Source: Stegostoma tigrinum (lineage: Eukaryota). Taken from it: 64,000 nt of DNA. Each line of letters starts with the position of its first letter. The stretch's first letter is position 1. Of this stretch, positions 26,981 to 40,250 are shown one piece after another. The translations under genes were made by a program, and so were the position numbers. The notes below the pieces were generated by a model. That model ran no database searches and was not told the DNA's origin. It saw nothing but the letters and a program-made list of their open reading frames with translations. Location of the stretch: the NCBI RefSeq assembly GCF_030684315.1, contig NC_081373.1, positions 23,289,989 through 23,353,988 of the forward strand, given 5' to 3'.

Positions 26981-29469
26981 TCCCCTGGTGCCATAGTCTC
27001 CACTGCTGGCATTGCAGAAGTAGTCCCATGTCTGCACCAAATTGTCCAGGCAGATCTCCAGGACACTGCCCACAAAGTTGAGGATAATTTCACCTTGCCT
27101 ACCACATCCAAGTTAAATGTCAGGAAGCATGTACAACAGTTTTGGATTGACATTGCTTACCCAGGGTATACCACGGGCTTTCAGGTTTGCTACACCTTTC
27201 AATTAGATTGTAAATTGATCTGACGTGCAACTCAAGTTACCCAGCTTTGATTCATGACCCTTGGTATCTTGGTATCCTTTCCTAATTAAATCCAGGATCT
27301 CCTAAAATGTCAAGAGTGATCACTGAATTTTAACTCCAACATTTAAATGTGAAACAGGGCAATTTTTGCCTCCTGGGGCATTCTGAAGTTGCAGGTCCTG
27401 ATGCTTACCATGAGGATGCTGCACAATGCTCTCACTTGGCATCACAGAAATATTCTTGCAGTGCAAATCTCATTGTCTCATTCCAGTTATAATTCCTGTC
27501 TTTACTAAAACGCAAAGTAAATATTCTGTAAAATTAAATACGTTTTAAGAGTAACATAAGAATATAGCAATGGTATACAATAAAAGTAAAATGGAGGCTG
27601 AGTTTCTAAATTTCTTGCACATCGAGGACAAGGGAGTTAGACGAGGGAGTCAAGTGTTACAGAGTGCTGACATAAGAAAAGACCTGCGACTGAGGGGTCA
27701 GCCATAATCTTACTGCAGGAGCAAGTCTCTCGGGCCAAGTGGCATATTTCTACCTCCAAGTCCTGTGTTCTTATGAACAGTAACTCCTCCCATTCCCTCT
27801 ATAGAAGAGATTCACAAAGCATCTCTAAATGACTAGAACATAACTGAACCAGTTTATAAATTTCTTCCATTACTCTGTAACTTTTTTTAAAAATGCAACT
27901 AAGATTTCCAAAAAGCACTGAACAACCCACGGAAGGATATTAGCAGGGAAAGGAAGGAAAATGATTATTCTAGGAAAACTCAATTTTTTTTGATCTTTAA
28001 CGATCAAGAATAATAAAAAGTGCTTACTAATTATTCACTTGCAAGGTAGAACCTTAGTCAGCTGAATGCATCAATATTACTATCCCTGTGCAGACTATTA
28101 ACTTCTAAAAGAAATGATTTTCCCAGCAACTGACAGAGTATTGCATAACACTAATGTTTTAAGATGTTTATTACTGTAATGAATTAAAAGTCACAATCAA
28201 TCAATACAAAAACTACAGAAAAGATGTGCAGTTTTTCAGCAGGCTCTCTTCTCCCTTCCAAACCAGGTGCAGCCTCACAATATTCTTTGGAATTCCCTTC
28301 ACTCAGTCGGAGTATTCCTGAACTGACTTCCAGTAGCCAGGCCCATTTGGTAACTCAAAGTCCCATTTCTTCAAAACAGAAGATGATCACTTCTTCCTAG
28401 TGTGCTGTTCAATGACTAAAAAAAAGCTCTTCCGCTGTTTTGAACAGAAGGAGACATGTTTGCTCTTTTCTGGGTGTTTCAACCTGAGAATCTTTGTCCA
28501 GAAAGGTCAACTGGATTTATTTTCTGACAAAATGCAAAAACTGATGCTTGATTTTCTGTGGGTTTAGCCATTGTGTCTTTCCCATGACAATCAAAGTATA
28601 TGGGCTTATCCCTAAGGAGGGGTTAGCATGATTCCACCATCTTCCATTCCAGAACATTTCTATTATGTTAAAGAAAACAGCTTAAAATACAACCACCTTA
28701 TAAAGTTTTGCATTTGTAAGATCATATATCCCATCCTGTTTACAGGAAACCACTTTATCTTCCTTTCACAGGTCATTCAGAAGCAGCATTTTGATCAAAT
28801 CAATAGATCATGTAAGTGGTTCAATGTGAGTAGACCTCAAACCAATAGTCTATCAGTCCTCCCAGACAAGCATAAAGCAAGTGAAACCTGTCTCTATACC
28901 TTAGGCAATGTTAAAGAGTCAACAACCACAAGCACAGTCTGTTTTATCATTAATCTCAGTGTCTGCTGACACTTTGTAAATTTCTACTTCCCTCTATTAG
29001 TCAATACGCTTGGAAAATTATTTTAATCAAATATTTTGGTACTTCCAGAGCCTCCGGCAAATATTACGTAAATTCAACCTTTTTCTCTCAAATCAGATGT
29101 CAATTAAGGATTTTTTTCTTCTTCACACATCTATCTCCACTTTCTCTGTCCAAACTATCATCACTGACATTTTTTTTGACAAAGGAGAGGATGCAAATAA
29201 GCTTTTCAAATTACACATTTAGTTTGTTAAAACTTTCTTCAAAAGGCAGGAGCAAATGTTAGTTGTTATATTGTGAACGAGACAGAGACATCAGCTGCAT
29301 TCCAGACAACGGCTCTCTATCAGGTGCTGAGGACTTTTATAGTTAATGATATCTGTTGCCATGAGTTAGTTGATTAGCGATTGTACATTTTACTGCAAAG
29401 GTCACAATAAGAGTTTCCTGTGTAACTATTACCTACCTTGTATCACTAAGTAGCATCATACCCAAATCC

Positions 29470-29792
29470 CAGAATCATAGAATCCCTACAGTATGGAGAC
29501 AGGCCCTTCAGCCCAACAAGTCCACACCAAGCCTCACAGCATCCCATCCAGACCCATTCCCCGATAACCCACCTAAACTACACATCCCTGAAAACTATGG
29601 GCAATTCAGCATGCTCAATTCACCTAGCTTGCACATCTTTGGGCTGCGAGAGAAAGCCAGACCACCCAGAGGAAACCCATGCAAACAAAGGGAGAACATG
29701 CAAACTCCACACAGACAGACGCCAGAGGGTGGAATCAGACCCAGGTTCCTGGTGCTGAGAGGCAGCTGTGCTAGCCACTGAGCCACCGTGCC
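29470..29792 (-). mobile_element. HE1/V-SINE-type SINE, full length
   Basis: tRNA-like head ggcacggtggctcagtgg, V-domain tgtgtggagtttgcatgttctccc, CR1-like tail ending gattctatgattct. Confidence 0.88.
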
Positions 29793-32049
29793 TCAAAGTT
29801 CTCCAGGAAAATGGTCACAATTAACACCAATGCTAACAGCTCCTAGCTACAGCTGTTAATCAAATAAATGAAACAATTACTGTCCTTCACCTGGTCAGGC
29901 TTGTTGGGGTGAATTTTAACGTTCAGACCCACTTGCAGTGAGAGACAACACCATAACAGAAATCACAAGTTCAAAAAGCAGATTTATTGTTATGGAAGGT
30001 GATGTACTGCAGATGAGCAGATTCTTAGCATATATAGGTAAATTCTCCCTTGATAGAAAGTTTGGCACAACATATCTGCATGGCACAAAACACTTACTAA
30101 ATGTTGCCTGCTGACAAAGTCACTAAGAAATTATGGCTTTCATAATTTTAGATAACCGAGTTCAGAAGCATGTAAACTTTTTCACCTTGTCAATTCTAAT
30201 TCACATCTTTAAATGTTCAGAAGATCCTTCAAAAGTACTCCTTTGAACTAAAAATTATAGATTTACTGTTTAAACAGTAAATAAGTGTGTTAGCTAAAGC
30301 TAAATTACTGACTTTTTTCACTTATTATAATAAATAATACTCAAAGATAAAAATGAGCAATGGGTGAATCTACAGGAACAACATGCAACATCTTACACAA
30401 CATCCTCAAACATTTCAAAAAAATCACCTTTCTGTAGCATTTTTGTAAACTTTTTACATACTGTTCGAGTGGTCCAAATAAAAAGTAACTAAAAAGTCTG
30501 TGCATTAAGCAAAATAAATGTTGTGTTTAAATTCTAATGAGAAAAACAAGCATAAAAATGGAACCTGTGTGCGCTCTGGTGTCAGAGTTGTGTGCTGATG
30601 ATTAACATCAAGATCAATGTTGGAAACAAACACTCATGCAGGCAGACAATCCTGAAGTGCACAGCCAATACTTTTCCAGCTGTACAAGCTAAGAGAATGC
30701 TATGCATTTATCTACAACCAAATGGACTGCATTTCTATATTTGACAACAATCCCTAAAGCAATTTGGGTGAAGATGGTCCCTTTCTTTCAGTGTAATCAA
30801 ATAAAAACTTTTCTACAGCACTTTTCAATTTCAATGCAGTGTTTTTGGTGCTGGCTTTATTAGCTCATCCAATTCAGTTACATCACTGGGGCTCTTCTGC
30901 TTCTACAATCAACACAAACTGCAGAAGCTATAATTTGCCAACGAACTAGACAACGAGCGAAATAAATTGTGGATCCCACAGAGGCAATTAGCACAGATTT
31001 GGCAGTTATGGTGTGATCATTTGGTTTCATGCAACACTCCAGAGAACATCAAACATCAGCCCCAAAATCATCAATTCTCTCATTTTCCTAAGGAGTTCTG
31101 ATTTCAAAGTTAGCTGACTGAAGACTTAAAAATTGGATAAATATTTGAAATTGAAACTTACTGCTCAAACATGGCAGTTGTTGCAAATTTTACAAGTGTA
31201 AAGCAATATTAAAATATCCTCAATCAGTTGACATTGCTCAATGTGAATTGAAGCCCAGGACTGGTCTGTTACAGAGCTATTTGAAAGCAAAGCTGACATG
31301 CCTCAGCTTTGTTGACTGGGTCCCAATCACATCTTCAAAAATCAACCACTGTCATAATTACACTTCTTGTCTTTTTGTGGCTTTAGTTGTGCCTTTCCTG
31401 ACTGTCAATGGTACAGCGTCTCACAACCAGACATTAGTCCTTCACTCGAGTTAAATCACTGACAATACTGCTTTGATGTGCAATACATCATCTCCCACCA
31501 AGGCACTAGAACAGGAAGTCAATGCTGATGTTAATGGTCATCCTATTCTGGACTTATCATCTGCCTCATGCTCAGCATTCTGCTTTCTCATTTATGAGAA
31601 AAGTGGTAAACAGCATGGGTGCAGGGCAACGATTGGCAGGGAGACTGAAGGGTTAGGATCTGGAATGGCTGATGGTGGAGCAGAAAACAAAATCAAATTC
31701 CTAAAGGTTTAGAATTTGCCCTACACATATTGGACAAGATTTACTTGGAAAATTTCCCACATCGGCATCTACCAAACAATGTTGTAGCTAAACTATAACA
31801 GCTGAGCTAGGAGTACGGCCGGTTCTGCAAAACAGATCATCAGAGCTATTGCTGAAATACTATCAGGGGTCACAACCTTGGGTGCATCCAGAGTCTTTAC
31901 CCATTTCTTGATATGATGTGGAGTGAATCCATGGTTGCAAATAGTTTAACTTTATCTTTTACATTGATGTGCTGGGTGCCATCGTCAAGGCAGGAAATAT
32001 TTATCATAATTCACAGCTGGACATGGTAGGACTGAAGAGATCCAATCTG

Positions 32050-32800
32050 TCGGTTGTGGGATCAGCAGCTCTATTGCATGCTGCTACTGTTAGGGTTCCA
32101 TTTGCAAGTCAATTTGTATGCAAGTTGGAACACAATGCAGAACAATAATAAAATAGCCATTCATAAGTACAAGGAAATATTTGTACGCTGGATGTTTAAA
32201 ATTACACTCCTGTATGAGATCACATATGACATTCATAAATGCAGGACTCCATATATCTGTAAAAGACTGACAGGTGCACAATGATGATACCATGTTTGTT
32301 TCCTGGATATTTTGCACACACAAATTACAAACTACCAGTTGAACAATGTGAAGATGAATCCACGCAAATTCATGAAATCTGTGTTTTTGAGGGTGCCTCG
32401 ATTGCCAAAACTGCAATCTATCATTCCAGTGAGGATCCCATTAGACCAGGTCATCCCAAGGTGCGCTCACCTTGACTCATTATAAGTACTGAAGTAGAGT
32501 CAAGTGGCAGCCTTTGCAACTACGAGCATCACCCAGGCTTTGCACTGTTGCACAGCAGATTGAAATATTTCACAGAATTCACTAGCGGATTTCTGGACAA
32601 CGTTGAAAAACTAATTAAGAGTTGTAGTGACTTTTACCACTATTGACAATGCATGCCAAACTGGCCCATTTGGCAGAGATCTCCTTCTACGCAGTTGTAA
32701 GTATCTGTTAATAGCAGATACACCTGTCTGTGATGATTTCTCAATGTGTTCAAATTAAAAATGCGGGTCCTTGCAGACTTCCCAAACCAACATCAATTTT
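32050..32800 (-). mobile_element. Degenerate PIF/Harbinger transposase fossil
   Basis: Manual translation with frameshifts gives VKVTTTLN, CEIFQSAVQQC, AIEAPS, VQLVVCN and AKYPGNKH, collinear with HARBI1-like DDE motifs. Confidence 0.6.
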
Positions 32801-33109
32801 TGACTTTTTAATTTTCCATGCATACAAGTGACCACATTGCCAATGAGAATTTTAACTTGACATGCCTATCCTTGATACCATGGAATTCATAACTAATGAC
32901 ACAGAGGCACAGGTATTAAATTAATGATTTAAAAGGAATCATGGAATCTAGATAGTTTATGCAATACCAGAGCCGGAAATTTCCATTCAAAAGCCAGACT
33001 TTCTGCAGATTACAGTTACTTTCACAGCATTCTACCAAAAATGCTTCTCCATGATTTGCACTGAGGTAATAAAGATGAAATAAAAACTAATGTCTTAAAT
33101 GTAACTAGC

Positions 33110-33690
33110 AACTGGAGGAGTACACCATTCAGCCCTCCAAGCTTACTCAGCCATTCTAAGATCATGGCTAATCCATCCCACATTCATCTCCCCTTTCGTG
33201 CCAGCTGCTTCTCAGTCTCAACACCTTTACTGCTCAAAAATCTATCATACTCCTCTTCAAATATTTTCAGCGATCTAGCCTCCTCATCTCTCTAGGGTGG
33301 AGAACTGAAGAAATCCTCTCATATCTCACTACCTTCTGTAACTATGTGCCCCAGTGAGAGACTCCCCGCTAACGGGAACATCTTCTCAACATCTACTCTC
33401 AAAATCTTATCAGTTCAATAAGCTCATGCCTCATTTTCCTAATCTGTAATGACTAAAGACTCAACTTGCTTAGGCTTTCTTTATGAGTCAACCCCTCCAT
33501 CTCAAGAATTAGCCTCATGACTCTCTTTTGAATACCTCTGATGCCAGCAAATCCCTTCATCAACATGGGGATCAGAAATGTGCACAATATTCCAGATGTG
33601 GTCTCAACATCGCTGTGCACAGTTGAGACAAACTGGACTATTTTTAAATTCCAACTGTCTAGCAATAAAAGCCAAACTCCCCTTAGCTTT
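33110..33690 (-). mobile_element. Old CR1 LINE 3' fragment
   Basis: GIQKRVMRLILEMEGLTHKESLSKLSL plus a CR1-type 3' UTR. Confidence 0.75.
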
Positions 33691-34161
33691 CTTTAGGAAC
33701 AAATTAGACCAGCAAAGTTAGGCTATGTCATTCACAAAGAATGGGAGTGAACATTAAATTCAAACTCAAGAAGTGGAAGAAAATCCATCCCACCAGTGTT
33801 TCTTCAGAGTTCAATATTTCAGGCTGTAGTGTCAAGTTTTTATCTGTACATTTTAACAGTATCAGATTGTTGAGCAATAGCATCAAACCTGAACATTATT
33901 CCAAGCACAGGCCACCACACTGCCATTAGGATGCAGAATCATAGCCATATATATGATCCCTAACAGAGTGCCAGTAATTCCTATTGGATCAACACACAAA
34001 ATGAGACAAATGATGGACAGTTGGTGAGCCATTCAAAATTCTTAATATTCCTTTTGTAAATTTTCTCTTACATGCTGATGTCAACTTTACTCATCCAAAT
34101 ATGGATACAGAATAAATGAAGAAAGATTTTAATTTTACTTAATACAGAAAGCAACGCCCAC

Positions 34162-34240
34162 CTTGCAATCCGCAATAACTGCAGGTTGCGGTAGGAGACA
34201 GTGACGAAGATGTGGTCGACATTTTCACAAGACTAAAATT
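34162..34240 (-). CDS. TDRD1: TDRD1 coding exon 3, start of MYND finger (NFSLVKMSTTSSSLSPTATCSYCGLQG)
   Basis: ttttgcag acceptor, G|gtgggc donor, 79 nt, phase 0 to 1. CxxCG resembles the first MYND knuckle (human CHRCGLFG, recalled). Confidence 0.88.
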
Positions 34241-34959
34241 CTGCAAAAGACAAGTTTTTCTGCAAATAATGAAACTACATAAATAATCATTAACTGGATT
34301 ACTTCAATTTCTATTCAATCATTGTGAATTCCACAAAAAACTTAATTTAAATATTTAAATTGAGTCATTATGCATTATATACTAGAACAAACAACACAGT
34401 AGTATAACCCAGTTTGCCTGACAAGCAGCTAAATTCATCAGCATTTTATCATAATCTTTTGAATTGATGGTTCACTGAACAAGTTATTTGGGCCTGAAGT
34501 GCTGCACAACAGACAGGAATTAAAATTAGATGACATCTATTCCATGACCAATAATCAAATTAAGAATGTTTTTTATAGCATTGTCATTTAATTCATCCAA
34601 CTGTAAAGAAGCAATAAAGCAAATACAACTTGAAACAATGAAGTAAAACTCAAAAGGAAGTCATAGGGTGGTCAGACGGAACCTTCGGTACTGTATCCAG
34701 TTAATTAAAGACAATGTGGATAAGTATTCAAACACTGGAAGCAATTTGGAGGCATAAGACTCATCCCTAAATTAAGACAAAAAAGTCTTAAGATAAAAAT
34801 CTGGGCCCAATACCCTTGAATTGTGGTGTCAACCAAAATATTCTTATTTGGGAAATTACATGATGATTAACAGTACAGGAAAGAAAAATCCAGAAAGCCT
34901 TTCAATCTAAACTGACAAAAGGACACAGAACACAGGAACAAGGTGGTTTTAAAAAAAGC

Positions 34960-35510
34960 TGTTGTTTGGCACGCTTGCCTTCACTGCTCAGTCCTTTGAG
35001 TACAGGAGTTGGGAAATCACGTTAGAACATAGAACAATACAGCGCAGAACAGGCCCTTCGGCCCTCAATGCTGCGCCGTTGAGGTTTGATTTAAAAAGAA
35101 AGGCTGGATAGGCTGAGACTTTTTACATTGGAACGTAGGAGGCAGAGAAGTGACCTTATGGAAGTTTATAAAATAATGAGGGGTTTAGGTAGAGTTCATA
35201 ATAGTCGTCTTTTCCATAGGATGGGAGATTTCAAGTCTAGGTGGCATATTTATGAGGAGAGAGATATTTAAGAGAAAGACATGAGGGGCAAATTTTTTTT
35301 TTTGAGCAGAGGGTTGTTTGCGTGTGGAATGAATTTCCTGAGGAAGTAGTAGATATGGGTACAATTACAAAGTTTAAAAGACATTTGGATAAGTATGTGA
35401 ATAGGAAAGGTTTAGAGGGATATGGGCTAGGAGCAGGCGGGTAGGACCAGTTTAGTTTGGAATTACATTCAGCATAGATTGGTTGGACTGAGGGGTCTGT
35501 TCCTGACTGT
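34960..35510 (+). mobile_element. CR1 LINE 3' fragment carrying a 55-bp antisense CR1-tail micro-insertion (about 35024-35076)
   Basis: CR1 C-terminus and UTR similarity. The insert agaacatagaacaatacagcgcagaacaggcccttcggccc is the reverse complement of a CR1 tail, flanked by cgtt. Confidence 0.75.
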
Positions 35511-35540
35511 ATAACTCGACGGCAAGCAAGACGATGACAA

Positions 35541-35707
35541 AGATAACACGGCGTAGAGCTGGACGAACACAGCAGGCCATAAGAAGGGTCTCGACCCGAA
35601 ATGTCAGCTTTGCTGCTCCTCTGATGCTGCTTAGCCTTCTGTGTCCATCCAGCTCTACACCGTGTTATCTCAGATTCTCCGGCATCGGCAGTTCCTACTA
35701 TCTCTGC
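35541..35707. mobile_element. Penelope-like terminal fragment with inverted arm and 12-bp TSD
   Basis: AGACGATGACAA at 35529-35540 and 35708-35719. Confidence 0.82.
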
Positions 35708-36047
35708 AGACGATGACAAGGAAGCATTTTGTCAAAAAAAAAAAGAAACTGGTAACGGAACGGACTCCCAAATACTAAAGCGATGGTAACACAAGAAACA
35801 ATACTTTGGGACGGGTAATAAGTGCTGGCTGAAACAGTGATGCTTATTCATCCTATAAACAAATAGGAAAAATTCTTTTGAAGTTGAATGCTTTACATTT
35901 TGAGTGGCTTAGAAACAAGTGGCCTAAGCTGCCTTTAAATAGCATGCTTTAACTCAATTCAATTATTCTAAAAATATTTAATCCAAATAGTTTCACAAAA
36001 AAGAAGATTCATTTTAATCTGGCAATAACAAAAATTTATTTGCTTAC

Positions 36048-36118
36048 ACCACTGATGTCTTCAGTTGATACAGACGGGGACAAGACAGAGCCAACTGCTT
36101 GATGCTGCATTCTTTGAT
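36048..36118 (-). CDS. TDRD1: TDRD1 coding exon 2 (DQRMQHQAVGSVLSPSVSTEDISG)
   Basis: tatag acceptor, gtaagc donor, 71 nt, open frame, phase 1 to 0. Exactly bridges the flanking exons. Confidence 0.7.
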
Positions 36119-37289
36119 CTATATCAAAAAGTTCAGTGCATTTAAAAATATTATCTTACGATGCCATCAGCATAGCACAAAACTATAGTTTAACACCAAT
36201 GAACTGTAACTAGCAGGTTCAATAAGAAATCATGCTGTTACTAAATATTTTAAGAGTGGTACAACATTTTCATCTGTATGGTTCCCCCCACTATTTTTCT
36301 GGTTTTCTTCTGTTTCATTTGAACGGCTTCAGCAACCACTTGGGTGTAAATGAAACTCTCAATAGCACATAACTAATATAAAGTAAAGAACACAAAAAAC
36401 AAAATAGGGTGTAGAAATACAAGGTTAAAATCAAACTGAGGCAAGGTTGAGAGAGTAAAAAAAATGACAATGGGTAGCATTACTTAAATAGGTCCTTTGA
36501 GAGATGAAAAGTGAAATTTTACAGAATTTGTGCGGTTGAGAAGGAAGCTTCACCAAGGTGACTGACCAATATTCGAATTAGAAGGAGGCAGCCGTTTGAC
36601 CCACAAGTCGTCTTTACCATTTAATAAGCTCATGGCTGATGTTAGCATTTTGAATTTCACATTCCTATCTACTCCCAACAATCTTCGGTTCTGTTGTGCC
36701 TACCTTAGAAATATTCAATAACCCTACCTCAACAGCAGAATTCTAAAGTTGCACAAATCTCAGGAAAGTTTCTCAGGTGCATCTGAAAAGGTGGCCCCAA
36801 TGTTTAAAACAAGCGTGAGGGCAAAGGTATTTGGAAAAACTCTATTATAACACACACATGAAGTACTTCAATGGCTATGAATATTTTGGCAAACCCTGAG
36901 GTTTTGAAAGATGTCATCCTTTATTTGTTCTCAATATTGAACAGAGAGCAGACAGGATTGGGTTACAACATTTTAACTACCTCTGACAACTGTAGTAGTA
37001 CTGGAAGTCTACAACACCACTAATTAAATTTAAAAGGAACACCACTAACTAAATTTAAAAAGGGGCAAATCAGGCATTTCTAGGATTCAAGGTGCAATAA
37101 AATTCAGCAGACTCAAGAAAAATCCAGATTAAGGAGAAACGGCTAGTATCGATTGGGATTGAGGTACTGCCCAAAACAAAAAAATTAACAGTTTTTTAGA
37201 CAATACTGCACACTGCTACTAGTTTACTTGATATTGCAGAAGTTGTTTTTTTTCAAAAGCAGCCAGCCAATCTGGTGCTGTACTGGTGG

Positions 37290-38010
37290 TTTTTGATAAA
37301 ATGAAAAAACGTGGCAGCAACATAGACAGAAAGAGGGACTAGCAGGAAATCATTTTTTTCAAATTAGAATATATGTGCAAAGGTGCTAGTCTAGAATCAA
37401 AGAAAAGGGAGACATTTACATTAATGGCTTTGAAAAATTACAGTAACGGAAAGCAAGAACAAAGGCATCAATATACGTTAAATGAAAAGAAACTTACAAT
37501 TAGAAGAGATAAAGGAGATGAAAGGAGTCAACGTCAATTGTTTAAAAAAATTGGGCTTTTTTTAAAGGAAAAGCATGCTATAAACAACTGTATTTTGAGC
37601 ACAAAATAAGAAACAATACAACTTTTAAAAACTGCTCATAAGGCCAGTTTTAAACGTCCAGTGCAGAAAAAATGCCAGGCAATGGCGTGCCACAAATAAC
37701 AGTGAAATGGAAATTAGTGTTTTTCCTCAGTAGTGCAGAAAGAAGTGCACCAGCTTATGAAAGAGTTTTATGAAAGAAAGTGAAAATGGATTTTTCCAGG
37801 TAGTTACAGGACCTGTTACTTTAAAGGTAACCACGAGAGAGTATTTTCCCAAATGTAGAGGATTTTTGAGAATGCTCAATTGAAAGCTGTGAAGTCACAA
37901 TAGTACTAAATAAGTGGATAAATATTTAAAGAAAGTTACAGAAGATCATCAAGAGGGGGCAGGAAATGAAGCTTGCTTGATGGATCAAATGGTTTCCCAA
38001 CTGTTGCAAA
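37290..38010 (+). mobile_element. Ancient CR1 remnant
   Basis: Degenerate similarity to CR1 ORF2 and 3' end. Confidence 0.45.
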
Positions 38011-38560
38011 TTTCTATTACTTAGAAGCAACGATCATCCAGTGTAAAATTCTTCTTCAGATTTTCTGCCAAATAAAATTATGAATGCAGCAGTGCTCCAT
38101 AAGACAGAACTCTCAAATTTGCTAGCATTTACCAAACAGCGGTGGTTTTGTCAAAAGACTGAAACACTGTTACAAACGCAAGGACTTGCAATACGACTAC
38201 CTAGCCAGAGCTAAACATCAGGTAGAACACAAGAAGTGCTGCTTCACTGAGATTTGCAAAATTAAAGACAACCCAAAATATCACAAGAGGAAAATGGAAA
38301 CACTTCTATGGGCTTTGATGCATAACCATAATGACCAGTTACAACAGCTTGTCAACAGGCCTATCACCAAAAATAACGACGTACAATCACAGTTAGCTGT
38401 AATAGCTATAGAACTTGGGAAGAACGTACCCCTCAAGGCTGGACTCTTCAGCCACACGTGTCAATGCAGCAGTTGAAGACACCATCTGGAATGTATTATT
38501 TGTTGTGTATCCATCACTCTTCATAGATGGAAGGGTGCCAGCAACAACTAAGTCACAATC

Positions 38561-38649
38561 TGAAGAAGGGTCCAGACCCGAATCAACAGCTTTCCTGCTC
38601 CTCTGATGTTGCCTGACCTGCTGTGTTCCTCCAGCCCTACACCTTATTA
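38561..38649 (+). mobile_element. Penelope-like terminal fragment with 8-bp TSD
   Basis: TCACAATC at 38553-38560 and 38650-38657. Confidence 0.75.
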
Positions 38650-38786
38650 TCACAATCCAGCTGCACTGCCTCCTATTTCTCACTTCAAAATTATCATAGG
38701 AAGGTATGCAATTGTCTGTTATTAAAATAGTTGTAATTACAACAGAAGTAAATAAATTTTTTAAATCATAACATATAAGGAATTAC

Positions 38787-39153
38787 CTTCAATGTCAAAA
38801 CTTTGTTGGATTTCTCCATTCAGTTGTTGTAAAAATCCAATTTTCTTTTTCTCATTGATGCTACCTCCAATTGCTCTATTAACTTCCAACTGGTGGCTAC
38901 GGTCAGCAAAGTATTCTTTGGCTCTCTCACAAAAATTGAAATTTCTCTTCGTTGTGAAGCTAGTGATTCCATCTTCTGACAAAGGTTGACTAATTGCAAA
39001 ATTGGGGTGTAAACGTTCACTGAAAAGGACTGAGGGACTATCCAAGATGCCTTTAGTCTTAATGGCTCCACTTCTTCTATTCTCATTTTCTGACTTCTGT
39101 TGCGAAAACTTCACTGAATCAGGTTTGGAATAATTAACTTTCTTTTCGGACAT
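38787..39153 (-). CDS. TDRD1: TDRD1 first coding exon (N-terminal region, [13 protein letters not shown]...SFDIE)
   Basis: Acceptor tttttcag puts the exon start at 39188. ATG at 39153 has an in-frame TAA upstream. 367 coding nt end at donor G|gtaatt in phase 1, matching the next exon. The sequence itself is not recognisable; assigned by phase continuity. Confidence 0.75.
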
Positions 39154-40250
39154 CGTTCTAGGAAATAACAAGCCTTATTTCAAAATACCTGAAAAAGTTA
39201 AAAGTAATGTATTTTACAAACACTAAAAATAATAGACATGTTTAACTACATCGCACTGGTAACAAAGGTGGCAACTCCTGACATAGTGATCAGAGTTCTC
39301 AAAAGGCTGTTTTTATTCAAAGTGATATATCAAAAAAAACTTACCCAAAGCTCACAAAATGATTTGTCTTACTGTTCTTTGAGGGCTAAAGAGAAAACAC
39401 AATACCCAGAAGATTACAAAATCCTGTAAGCCTTGCCAAGTAATTTATTTACCCACAATAAACCAGTGGAGCAAATATTTACCATGCATAAAAATTGTCA
39501 TAACTACAAAAAGTAGATCATCCAGTCACTAAAAGGCTCAAGAAAATACCAGTGTTTAAATTCTAGAATCTATTTTAAAGGTTATAATTGAAAACTTTTT
39601 ATTCCACTATCTTTCAGACTTTTAAACACCCCAAAACTTGAAGCTGAGAACAAAGGACAAGATATATTCTCATTTTAAATGATTATTTCTGCCTCAGCAA
39701 CATTTTTTTTAAATAAGAGGTATTCCCTGTCTGCAAGAACTAAAATGTTCTATTAGAAACTTCCCCTGTGCACTCAGCATTGCAGAATACAGTCCTTGAA
39801 AGTAGTATATTGTACTGAAGTGAAACATGGAGTTGCATGACACTTTTAAATGTACAAAAAACTTCAAAGATACATTACAAAATCTATGAAGTCAAATACA
39901 TTAACAAGCAGGTGGGTTCATGAAAGGAGTTAAAGTGTGATTTATTCTTAAATGTGTCTATGAAAATACAGTAGAACGTGTATAAGTCAATATAAGGCAG
40001 TGCCATTTTAATTACATAAATCATACTAAGTTAGGACAATTTCCATTTTTCGTTCCATACATGGCTTAATTTCCCCTCCCCAAGTATCTACAGGATGCCG
40101 CACACTCTGCAGCCGCCAAAGCAGTCCTTGAGACTGCAAAGGAAGCACATTGAAAACAGTCCCTGCCACTGCTGACCAGACCCAGAACACAGTGGGTCAG
40201 TAGAGACTTGTTAACACTCAAAAGGCAGATAGGAGACAGACTTGAAGGTG

